In this document: positions 9,491 to 17,573 of the stretch, piece after piece | How the letters are laid out: every line of letters starts with the position of its first letter | Position numbering within the stretch: the first letter of the stretch is position 1 | Origin: Gracilimonas sediminicola | Lineage (GTDB): Bacteria; Bacteroidota; Rhodothermia; Balneolales; Balneolaceae | Reading direction: 5' to 3' | NCBI RefSeq assembly: GCF_024320785.1 | Contig: NZ_JANDBC010000001.1 | Coordinates: 236,617-268,616 of the forward strand | DNA: 32,000 nt | Made by a program: the position numbers and the translations under genes | The notes under the pieces: model-generated | Seen by the model: the letters and a program-made list of their open reading frames with translations, nothing else | Told to the model about the DNA's origin: nothing | The model's database searches: none

Positions 9491-10198
9491 TTAGAAGTTG
9501 AATCGAAGATTGGCTGTTATCCCGGGCTCGCCAAAAGTATTCACATAGCTGAAGCTGGCTTCCGGGGTGTTATCGACAAGATCTCTGGCATGGATGAAGG
9601 CACTGATTCCACTTACCAAGCGATTAGCCACCATCAGGGCAACCAGGGTTGGCAGCTGACTGCGGTTACGTTCTACCCGTTCCCTTGCATCCTGATACTG
9701 AAAGCGATGTTGAGTGCTTTCCCAGTTCCATTGGTATTCGGATGACTCAGGAAAAACCTGATCCCAGTTTCGGGTCCGGAGTTGGGCATCGTTATAGGCA
9801 GCAAGGTTATCATAATTTCCCACCGCAATGATAAAATCTCTCGACTTGCCCGATAAATCGGTGTTGGCCCGTGCTTCAGCAAAGGTGAAATAATCTTGTT
9901 CCAGGTAATTGGCTCGGGCATCTAAACCAAAATATGAGAGCACCAGCACCACTTCTCCCGCCAGATGATATTTACCCCGGTTCCAGTTATCGTTTTCGGC
10001 ATAGTAATGTCCCCATCCCGGAACTACCAAAGACCGAAAGAATGCCCCTTTAGGCGATGGAAGATCATCTTTTTGCTGAACCTGCGCTTGAACTTCAACC
10101 GAAAATACTACCGAAAAAATCAGCAGGAACACCCAACACCCAACAACGAACGCTGAAGTATTTTTTTGCCTGAAATACTTACTAATACATGCTCTCAT
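9491..10198 (-). CDS. hypothetical membrane/secreted protein, last gene of the ccm transcription unit
   Basis: 235-aa ORF with an N-terminal hydrophobic segment (AFVVGCWVFLLIFSVVFSV), a PGWGHYY motif and a C-terminal NLRFNF. It starts 41 bp downstream of the ccmF stop on the same strand. Confidence 0.55.
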   Translation of the reverse strand: MRACISKYFRQKNTSAFVVGCWVFLLIFSVVFSVEVQAQVQQKDDLPSPKGAFFRSLVVPGWGHYYAENDNWNRGKYHLAGEVVLVLSYFGLDARANYLEQDYFTFAEARANTDLSGKSRDFIIAVGNYDNLAAYNDAQLRTRNWDQVFPESSEYQWNWESTQHRFQYQDARERVERNRSQLPTLVALMVANRLVSGISAFIHARDLVDNTPEASFSYVNTFGEPGITANLRFNF

Positions 10199-10210
10199 AC
10201 TCTGGTTTTA

Positions 10211-10238
10211 AACGTTCGGTGTTCCTTGTTCGATGTTC
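10211..10238 (-). repeat. stop-codon-adjacent GAACA-rich repeat, copy c1
   Basis: The minus strand reads gaacatcgAACAAGGAACAccgaacgtt and begins 1 nt after the ccmF stop (10240-10242). Confidence 0.75.
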
Positions 10239-10239
10239 T

Positions 10240-12738
10240 TTACTCAGCGTTCTTCTTCCGTTCTCTGCCCCAATGTCGGAAAATAGAAATGCTAAATCCA
10301 GCCATAAGAATAAAGGTGCCGGCCCAAACTACCGATATAAAGGGTTTCTCATCGGCTACAATTAGTACCCATTCCGGCTCATATTCTTCTTCGAGGCCGG
10401 TTATGGTTAACTCAATGTTGTTTTCCTGGGGATTGATTTCCGTGAATTGAAACTCCAGGTCAAAATCAGGAATTCGTGCCGGTGGAGAGTAAATGTAGCT
10501 TTGTCCATCCTGACTATAAACGGCAAATAATGGTTCAAGAGTTATAACCCTGCTGCTTGCCGGATGTATCAACTCGACTTGGGCCCGTACGCCAATGGAG
10601 GTATTTGGAGGTAATTCTGAAGTATCGGTTCGGGCGTAATCCACAAACCTGATTTTGAATTTACCCACATCAACGGTTTGCCCCGGGTTGAATTTAATTT
10701 TCTGCACTTCAGGAGAATCATCGGCGGTGGTATCCTGAGCGGCTACATTCTGCATCATGCTTCGGTTTTCAGCAGCACGGTCGTTTTGCTCCTGTACATA
10801 CGAACTACCACCCACATATAGATAGATATCACTTAACAATCCTGTTCTCACATCGGGATCTACCGACCACTGTATGTTTTCGGCGGTGGAAGTGGTAAGC
10901 ATCGGATAGACTTCCGGGTTCATATAAAAAGGCTTGCCGCCGTCAACCGGTTCAAACTTGATTCGGTAGGTTTGCTGACCGCGACGCACCGAATTATCCA
11001 GCTCATACCCTTCGTAAGTCAGCATATATCGGTTATCAACGAGCACGGGCTCATTCAGGTTCAGCAGCAACATTTCCTCTTTTTGAGTTACTTTGAAGCC
11101 CTGCTCGTCCGTTACCTCTCCCTGTTCAACTGCAGCATTGTAATTGGCTGTTTTTTGATCCACGAGATAGGAGTTGTACGCTGACGATGCCAAAATTCCC
11201 ACCAACAATAATCCAAAGCCCACGTGAGTAAGAGATCCACCAACAAGTTTAGGATTTTGAAAAGCAAGGCGAACCATCACCCAGGCATTCCCTACCACAG
11301 CGAAATATCCGCAGAACAGGTACACCATGTAATAGATATTCCGTACATCTCCAAGAATGATGGAGAGAATGGTCACTGCACTGGTTACCAACAATGGATT
11401 AATTAAAGCTGAAGCCAGTGATTCTGCGTCATATTTCTTCCAAAACAGATACTGCCCCAACACGGTGAAAATCGCCATAACCATGGCAATGGGCATACTC
11501 CAGTCATTATAAAAACTGATTTCCGGTGGGGTTGGATTCTCAACAAACAGCTTTCCAATGATCGGGGAGCTGGTTCCAAGAATAATTACCAAACCAAGGA
11601 TAAGTAATAGCATAGCCCCGGTAACCGTCATAAACTCCCGGCTGAGGAATTTAGATTCTTTTTCGGGGGAAGGAAGTTCTTTATATCTCCAGAAAAATAG
11701 CCCCAGTCCCAATAGTGTTACAACAAGCATAAATGCCAGGAGCTGATTATACAATCCAAGATCCACAAAGCTGTGTACGGATGAGCTTCCCAGAATTCCG
11801 GATCGGGTCAGGAAGGTTTCATAGACAACCGCCACGTAAGCCAGAATAGCAAAAAGAATGGATGACTTCTGAGCTATGGAACTTTTTCGCTGAATAATCA
11901 TGGTGTGAATGCCCGCCGTCCCGATTAACCAGGGGACCAGGGATGCGTTCTCTACAGGATCCCAGGCCCAGTATCCACCAAAGGAAAGCGTGACGTATGC
12001 CCAATAGCCTCCGAGAAAAATGGCCGTCAGTAAAGCTACATTTGCGCTGAGGGTCCAGGGTAAAGCAGGGCCAATCCACTCATTATACTTTTGTTTCCAC
12101 AGTGCGGCCATGGCAAAGCAGTACGGGATGGTCATCATTGAAAAACCCACAAATAAAATGGGCGGGTGAATCATCATCCAGGGGCTTTTGAGTAAATCAT
12201 TTAATCCGCTTCCATCTTGTGGGATGAAATCGGGGTTGGCCTGAAGGAATGGCGCATTCGGCATTTCTTCAGCGATGGTTCGGAATGGAGATGCCCCCAG
12301 TTTCAACCCAAAGATATCCCAGCCTAACAACATAGACAGTAAGAATACCTGGGTGAGTGTAAGGAAGAATAACACCGGAGCTTTGTAAGGGGCTCGCGTC
12401 CATTTCATCAACCCAAAACCAAAGAAGGCGGAAATCAGAATCCAAAGCATAAAGCTGCCTTCCTGTCCGCCATAAAAAGCCGACCAGAGATAGCGTGGAG
12501 CTAAATCAAGGCTGGTGTAGTTGAACACATAATAGTACTGAAACTGATGCTGGAAGATCAGGTACACCAAAATACCGGAAGCAACGACGAGAAAAGCTGC
12601 TTTTACAGCAAACAGCCAGTTTCCGATGCGCAGAGTTCGGTTCTCATCCCGGTTCGCCGAAATGAAATAAAAGATCATAGCCGCCAGAGAAGTAACGAAA
12701 GAGGCGGAGATCAGGATTTTACCAACGGTTCCTAACAT
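10240..12738 (-). CDS. ccmF: cytochrome c maturation heme lyase CcmF
   Basis: 832-aa polytopic ORF containing the tryptophan-rich WWD-type motif GGYWAWDPVENASLVPWL diagnostic of CcmF/CcmC-family heme-handling proteins. It sits in a ccmC-D-E-F cluster. Confidence 0.85.
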   Translation of the reverse strand: MLGTVGKILISASFVTSLAAMIFYFISANRDENRTLRIGNWLFAVKAAFLVVASGILVYLIFQHQFQYYYVFNYTSLDLAPRYLWSAFYGGQEGSFMLWILISAFFGFGLMKWTRAPYKAPVLFFLTLTQVFLLSMLLGWDIFGLKLGASPFRTIAEEMPNAPFLQANPDFIPQDGSGLNDLLKSPWMMIHPPILFVGFSMMTIPYCFAMAALWKQKYNEWIGPALPWTLSANVALLTAIFLGGYWAYVTLSFGGYWAWDPVENASLVPWLIGTAGIHTMIIQRKSSIAQKSSILFAILAYVAVVYETFLTRSGILGSSSVHSFVDLGLYNQLLAFMLVVTLLGLGLFFWRYKELPSPEKESKFLSREFMTVTGAMLLLILGLVIILGTSSPIIGKLFVENPTPPEISFYNDWSMPIAMVMAIFTVLGQYLFWKKYDAESLASALINPLLVTSAVTILSIILGDVRNIYYMVYLFCGYFAVVGNAWVMVRLAFQNPKLVGGSLTHVGFGLLLVGILASSAYNSYLVDQKTANYNAAVEQGEVTDEQGFKVTQKEEMLLLNLNEPVLVDNRYMLTYEGYELDNSVRRGQQTYRIKFEPVDGGKPFYMNPEVYPMLTTSTAENIQWSVDPDVRTGLLSDIYLYVGGSSYVQEQNDRAAENRSMMQNVAAQDTTADDSPEVQKIKFNPGQTVDVGKFKIRFVDYARTDTSELPPNTSIGVRAQVELIHPASSRVITLEPLFAVYSQDGQSYIYSPPARIPDFDLEFQFTEINPQENNIELTITGLEEEYEPEWVLIVADEKPFISVVWAGTFILMAGFSISIFRHWGRERKKNAE

Positions 12739-12747
12739 AGATTTGCG

Positions 12748-13143
12748 TTATCCCTGAGAAGCTTCGCTGAATTGACTTGGGTCGGCATCGTTGTATTTAG
12801 AAGGGCACTTCATCAGCATTTCGTTTGCGTAGAAAGTATCGCCTCTCATTTCACCGATGACCACCAGCTGGTCAGCCTGTTCAAAATTATTGGGCTTGGG
12901 CTTGGAGTACACCACTTTTTTAGAAACGCCGTCTTCGTCCTTCATGTAGAAAACAAATTTTTTGGTTTCCAGAGAAAATTCAGCTCCCTTTTCTTCATCC
13001 CATGTACCGGGGATGTGGGCACTGCTCATTTCAGATGCGCCTTCAAAGGTTGTGTAGGTACTAATGCTTTCACCAAAGTTGTACATCAACAGAGAGGTAA
13101 ACCCAACAATGGCTACAATTCCTATAATTAGTTTTGGTTTCAT
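12748..13143 (-). CDS. ccmE: cytochrome c maturation heme chaperone CcmE, CxxxY variant
   Basis: 131-aa ORF with an N-terminal anchor followed by an OB-fold-sized domain. The motif LMKCPSKY aligns with LAKHDENY of canonical CcmE. The Cys113 codon is at 12805-12807 and Tyr117 is conserved. Confidence 0.8.
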   Translation of the reverse strand: MKPKLIIGIVAIVGFTSLLMYNFGESISTYTTFEGASEMSSAHIPGTWDEEKGAEFSLETKKFVFYMKDEDGVSKKVVYSKPKPNNFEQADQLVVIGEMRGDTFYANEMLMKCPSKYNDADPSQFSEASQG

Positions 13144-13385
13144 GCGTCGTTTGATGATTGAATTTGTTCTTCCAGTTTGCTCACTTTTTTATCTACCCGG
13201 AATAGAAAAAACAGGAGTACCAGCCATATGATCAGGCTCACTCCCAACACTACATATATTAATTCGTTTGAAGACATAAGTTGAATAAATGCGCCGGCCT
13301 CTTCTGCCCCGGGTGCTCCGCTCCAGTTATCAGAGTAAGCTTGAGTCAGGGTGTCAACGGCAGCGAGTGAATCTTCTTGCATCAA
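13140..13385 (-). CDS. ccmD: CcmD-like small membrane protein
   Basis: 81-aa ORF with a single TM helix (LIYVVLGVSLIIWLVLLFFLF) followed by basic residues. It lies between ccmC and ccmE and overlaps ccmE by 4 nt. Confidence 0.6.
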   Translation of the reverse strand: MMQEDSLAAVDTLTQAYSDNWSGAPGAEEAGAFIQLMSSNELIYVVLGVSLIIWLVLLFFLFRVDKKVSKLEEQIQSSNDA

Positions 13386-13412
13386 TTTTTGAATTTATTT
13401 TAGACTGTAAAC

Positions 13413-14069
13413 TTATGAATTCTCGATCTCGAATTGAACCTTTTTATACCTGTGAACCACATCGTAGATCCAGTATCCAAGAGCTATAAATCCGATAAAT
13501 GCCGGGTATAAAATATAGCGAAGTTCATCGGCTGTTATCTCACTGAAAGCAGGATTTCCATCTGCTCCCGGGTGCAGGCTTGTTAATTGTCGCGGAACCA
13601 CATACAACAAAAAAGGAATGGTGGTAACTGCAAAAATATTGTAAACGGCGGCTAATTTTGCGCGTTTCTGTTCGTCATCAAAAGCCGACCGGAGCATGAA
13701 ATAAGCCACATAAATCATCAATGCCAGTGCAGCCAGGTTCATCTTTGGTTCGGCGAACGTCCACCACGATCCCCAGGTAAAACGAGCCCAGAGCGAACCG
13801 GTCAACAATCCGCATACGCCAAAAGCCACACCCACCGTCGCCGCCGATGAGGCTTTCATATCAAACTCGATTTCCGGCTCATTTAAATATTTAATGCTGT
13901 ACCAAAAACTGATCAAAAAGAGAACGAACATCGTCATCCACATGGGTACGTGAAAAAAGATGTTGCGTGCCGTCTGTTCGAGAATGGGGATATCAGGAAT
14001 TTCTATCAAAAAACCGCCTGCGATAACGAGGGTCATCCAGCCGGCTACTACGTATTTCCAGGGTTTCAA
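13413..14069 (-). CDS. ccmC: heme exporter / cytochrome c assembly protein CcmC
   Basis: 218-aa polytopic ORF with a Trp-rich segment RFTWGSWWTFAEPK in the WWD-motif position. It is the first gene of the ccm cluster. Confidence 0.75.
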   Translation of the reverse strand: MKPWKYVVAGWMTLVIAGGFLIEIPDIPILEQTARNIFFHVPMWMTMFVLFLISFWYSIKYLNEPEIEFDMKASSAATVGVAFGVCGLLTGSLWARFTWGSWWTFAEPKMNLAALALMIYVAYFMLRSAFDDEQKRAKLAAVYNIFAVTTIPFLLYVVPRQLTSLHPGADGNPAFSEITADELRYILYPAFIGFIALGYWIYDVVHRYKKVQFEIENS

Positions 14070-14164
14070 TAGTATGCGAATTTTATTAACTATGGCTACG
14101 TTGTCTGAGTAAAATATACGAATTTACCCATCATTTTTTGAGTATATAATCTGTAAAACCTGTT

Positions 14165-14671
14165 ATGAGTAACAACCAAAAATCCATCACCCTCACTCCC
14201 TCCTGGAAAGCTTTTTTCTGGCAGTATTTTTTTGGGGTGATTCTGATCCCGGCCTTAGTGGGAATTTACCTGATCTGGAAAACCCGGAAAGCACAGAATG
14301 GAATTTCCTATACCATCACTGACCGGAAGATCACCGTGGTTGATGGTCATATATCCCAGAATATTGACCTGGCCGATATCCGCAAGGTAGTAGCCGGTGA
14401 GAAGCGCTTTGGGGTGGGCTCGGTTATCCTCAAAACCAGCGGCCGTGAAGTTGAGCTTATCGGACTTAAAAACCCGGAAGCCATCAGCCAATCTATAGAA
14501 AAAGCCGTTGAAGCCGAGCTTAAACGACTTGCAGCCGAGAAAGAAGCCAAACCCCGGGAACCGGAATACGAACCCGGCTCTATGGATCGCCTGGAATATC
14601 TCACCGGACTTTGGCAGCAGGGACTTATGACTGACGAAGATTTCAAAGCTGAAAAGGAAAAGCTGCAGTAG
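14165..14671 (+). CDS. membrane PH-domain (bPH_2/YdbS-like) protein with C-terminal SHOCT domain
   Basis: 168-aa ORF with an N-terminal hydrophobic hairpin (FFWQYFFGVILIPALVGIYLIW). The C-terminal RLEYLTGLWQQGLMTDEDFKAEKEKL matches the SHOCT pattern. Confidence 0.6.
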   Translation: MSNNQKSITLTPSWKAFFWQYFFGVILIPALVGIYLIWKTRKAQNGISYTITDRKITVVDGHISQNIDLADIRKVVAGEKRFGVGSVILKTSGREVELIGLKNPEAISQSIEKAVEAELKRLAAEKEAKPREPEYEPGSMDRLEYLTGLWQQGLMTDEDFKAEKEKLQ

Positions 14672-14807
14672 TTAGGCCTCCGTTTCCACTTTAGGTATTC
14701 TCCCTTTTCTTATCTAAAGAAAATTATACCTGCCCCTCAATTATGACAGTGTTTTACAAAATTAAGTCGTTTATTGGACGCCTAATCAAAACATTCAGGT
14801 TACTTTT

Positions 14808-17159
14808 ATGCATACTACTTTACTGAAATCAGCTTTATTAGCAGTTTTTATAACTGCTTTCTTTTCTACAGCACCCCTTGCCCAAGAAGCCAACTTTGAA
14901 GCCGCTGAACGTTTCACCGGTGATAAAATGGAAAAACTTATCGGGAATACTTCGGTATGGCCCCGCTGGATTGAGGACACCAACAATTTCTGGTACACCT
15001 ACGAAAACGATGAAGGCAAAAACTGGTATTTCGTGAATGCCGAGCGTCCTTCCCAGCGATTGCTTTTTGACCAGGAGGAAATGGCTTCACAGTTGGCTGA
15101 AACTTTTGAGCGTCCGTTTAATGCCAAAGACCTGGACCTGAAAGACTTTGAGTACAACACCGACAAAGAGCGCTTCACTTTTCATGTTGACAGTATTCAG
15201 TTCACCTATAATCTGAATGGAAATAATTTAATTAAAGGCGATTCCCTTGAAAAAGAAGAACGGGAACCGTGGGCTACCTACTCCCCCGACAGCACCTGGA
15301 TTGCCTTTGCCAAAAACCACAATCTTTACCTGATTCGCTCGGATGATGAGGACAGCACCGAAATCCAGCTTACCGATGACGGTGAGCGCTGGTTCAGCTA
15401 TCAGGCCGATGAAGGCGATACCACCAGCAACAAGCGCCTGCGAACCAATGCCAACTTTTTTGATGATGAAAGCAAACTATACATCACACGTACCGATGAC
15501 CGTAAAGTAAATGAGCTTTGGGTGATAAACAGTCTGGGAAAACGACCTGAACTGGAAACCTATAAGTACTCCATGCCCGGCGAAGAAGAAATAGGCATTT
15601 CACAGGTCGAAGTATTTGATATAGCAAGCCGCGAGCGTGTGATCATGGATACGGATAAGTGGGAAGATCAGGAGTTGCGAGCCAACTACGGGGATCATCA
15701 GACCGGTGATTACAAATCCACCCCCTCCGACAAATTATATATCTACCGTGAGAACCGAACTTCTGATAAAGTGGACATCCTGATCGGCGATACCGAAACC
15801 GGGGAAACCGAAGTTCTGCTTAGTGAAACCAGCAAGCCTTATTTCAACTGGAGTTTCCAGGAATTGGCCATTATCAATGATGGTGAAGAATACATTTGGT
15901 GGAGCGAGCGAACCGGCTGGGGACAACTTTATCGGTACGACTCTGAAGGTAACCTGAAGAACCGGATTACATCCGGCAATTTTGTGGTGGGCGATATTGT
16001 GAAAATCGACACTGCGGCCAACACCATTTACTTTGAAGGGTATGGCCGTGATGGTGATCACCCCTACTACGAACACCTGTACAGTGTTCGTTTTGATGGT
16101 TCGAATTTCAAACACCTCACCCCTGAAAATGCTGATCACAGCATTTCTGAGTCCGATAAAGACAACTATTTCGTAGATAACTATTCCCGCGTGAACATGC
16201 CTACCAAAACGGTTCTTCGTGATCGTAACGGGAAAGTGATACTGACCCTTCAGGAAGTGGATATGAGTAAAGCTGAAGCCATTGGCTGGAAAGCTCCGGA
16301 AGAATTCAGGATTAAAGCAGCGGATGGAGCCACCGACCTCTACGGCGTGATGTGGAAACCCTTCGACTTCGACTCTACCCGGTCTTACCCCATTATCTCG
16401 TATGTATATCCCGGTCCACAGACCGAACCCTTCCCAACCAGCTTTTCGCTTCAAGGTTATACCGGCCGTAATCAGGCGCTGGCTCAGCTTGGCTTTGTGG
16501 TAGTGGCGTTTGGAAATCGTGGTGGCAGTCCGGTTCGCTCCCGCTATTATCACACCTACGGATATGGTGATTTAAGAGATTACCCGCTGGCTGATAATAA
16601 ATACGGTATCGAACAACTGGCTTCGCGCCATTCTTTTATTGACCAAAGCCGTGTTGGAATTTACGGTCACTCCGGTGGTGGCTTTATGAGTACGGCTGCA
16701 CTGCTTACCTATCCTGACTTTTATGACGTGGCAGTTTCTTCTGCCGGTAATCACGACAATAACGTGTATAACCACTGGTGGAGCGAAACTCATAACGGAG
16801 TGAAAGAAACCCGAAAAACTGTTAAAGAGATGAACGAAGACAGCGTGGAAGTGGAGAAAGAAGAAATCACTTTTGACGGCCCGATTGAATCGAATGCAGA
16901 TTTGGCGGGTAACCTGAAAGGACACCTGTTGTTAGTTCATGGTAACATTGATAACAACGTTCATCCGGCGAATACCCTTCGCCTGGCTGATGCCCTCATC
17001 AAAGCCGGCAAGCGGTTTGATATGATGATACTGCCCGGCCGCCGTCATGGCTTCGGACCTTATCAACCGTACTTTGAGCGGCAGAAGTGGTATTACTTCT
17101 CTCAGCATCTTTTGGGTGATTACCGAAGTAATGTGGATATGAATCTGCCGGAAGATTGA
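14808..17159 (+). CDS. S9-family serine peptidase (DPP-IV-like beta-propeller + prolyl oligopeptidase domain), paralog 1
   Basis: 783-aa ORF with a signal peptide. The catalytic triad candidates are Ser in GHSGGG, Asp in VHGNIDNNV and His in GRRHGF. Confidence 0.85.
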   Translation: MHTTLLKSALLAVFITAFFSTAPLAQEANFEAAERFTGDKMEKLIGNTSVWPRWIEDTNNFWYTYENDEGKNWYFVNAERPSQRLLFDQEEMASQLAETFERPFNAKDLDLKDFEYNTDKERFTFHVDSIQFTYNLNGNNLIKGDSLEKEEREPWATYSPDSTWIAFAKNHNLYLIRSDDEDSTEIQLTDDGERWFSYQADEGDTTSNKRLRTNANFFDDESKLYITRTDDRKVNELWVINSLGKRPELETYKYSMPGEEEIGISQVEVFDIASRERVIMDTDKWEDQELRANYGDHQTGDYKSTPSDKLYIYRENRTSDKVDILIGDTETGETEVLLSETSKPYFNWSFQELAIINDGEEYIWWSERTGWGQLYRYDSEGNLKNRITSGNFVVGDIVKIDTAANTIYFEGYGRDGDHPYYEHLYSVRFDGSNFKHLTPENADHSISESDKDNYFVDNYSRVNMPTKTVLRDRNGKVILTLQEVDMSKAEAIGWKAPEEFRIKAADGATDLYGVMWKPFDFDSTRSYPIISYVYPGPQTEPFPTSFSLQGYTGRNQALAQLGFVVVAFGNRGGSPVRSRYYHTYGYGDLRDYPLADNKYGIEQLASRHSFIDQSRVGIYGHSGGGFMSTAALLTYPDFYDVAVSSAGNHDNNVYNHWWSETHNGVKETRKTVKEMNEDSVEVEKEEITFDGPIESNADLAGNLKGHLLLVHGNIDNNVHPANTLRLADALIKAGKRFDMMILPGRRHGFGPYQPYFERQKWYYFSQHLLGDYRSNVDMNLPED

Positions 17160-17200
17160 TTGAACATCCAACAAGGAATATCCAAGGCTGAACGTTGAAT
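17160..17200 (+). repeat. stop-codon-adjacent GAACA-rich repeat, copy c2
   Basis: Sequence ttgaacatccAACAAGGAAtAtccaaggctgaacgttgaat, starting the nucleotide after the TGA at 17157-17159. Confidence 0.75.
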
Positions 17201-17320
17201 TTAACTTGGAGCGTCTGTAAGTCCTCCAGGCGTTGCCCGGTTCTTAGTTTTTCAAACACCGAACGCTCCAAGGATCTGCGAACGCATGGAGGTTCTCTGG
17301 GCTTTTTCTTAGGGCTGAAC

Positions 17321-17350
17321 GTCATCGCGGAAATACTTTATCCGCGATCT
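17321..17350 (+). repeat. GTCAT...GATCT hairpin repeat, copy h5
   Basis: Sequence gtcATCGCGGAaatactttaTCCGCGATct, with a perfect 8-bp stem (17324-17331 with 17341-17348). Confidence 0.65.
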
Positions 17351-17379
17351 GCCTGTTTAGGCCTGATGAGTGTATTAGG

Positions 17380-17406
17380 GAGATCTCTGGTCAGGCCAGA
17401 GATGAC
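17380..17406 (-). repeat. GTCAT...GATCTC hairpin repeat, copy h6 (inverted)
   Basis: The plus strand reads gagATCTCTGGtcaggCCAGAGATgac, with a perfect 8-bp stem. The minus strand reads gtcatctctgg...ccagagatctc. Confidence 0.65.
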
Positions 17407-17437
17407 ATATCTTTTAATAACTTCAATTTATTAATAG

Positions 17438-17470
17438 AAGCCGGTTTCCAGAGGAGGCCGGCTTTTTTTG
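17438..17470 (+). terminator. Rho-independent terminator downstream of peptidase paralog 1
   Basis: AAGCCGG (17438-17444) pairs with CCGGCTT (17458-17464) and is followed by TTTTTTG. Confidence 0.7.
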
Positions 17471-17573
17471 TGCAATTCTTTTTTAAAAAATTCCCTGAAC
17501 TATTATGAATTTTTTACAAAAATATCTCTTTAATTAAGCGTGCAAATATCCACGGTAATTTTATTCAATTTCT

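Noticed and set aside
15735-16553. 272-aa minus-strand ORF, with similar ones at 18225-18806, 16572-16925 and 19086-19418
   Set aside because: They are fully antisense to the well-supported S9 peptidase genes and show no recognisable motifs.
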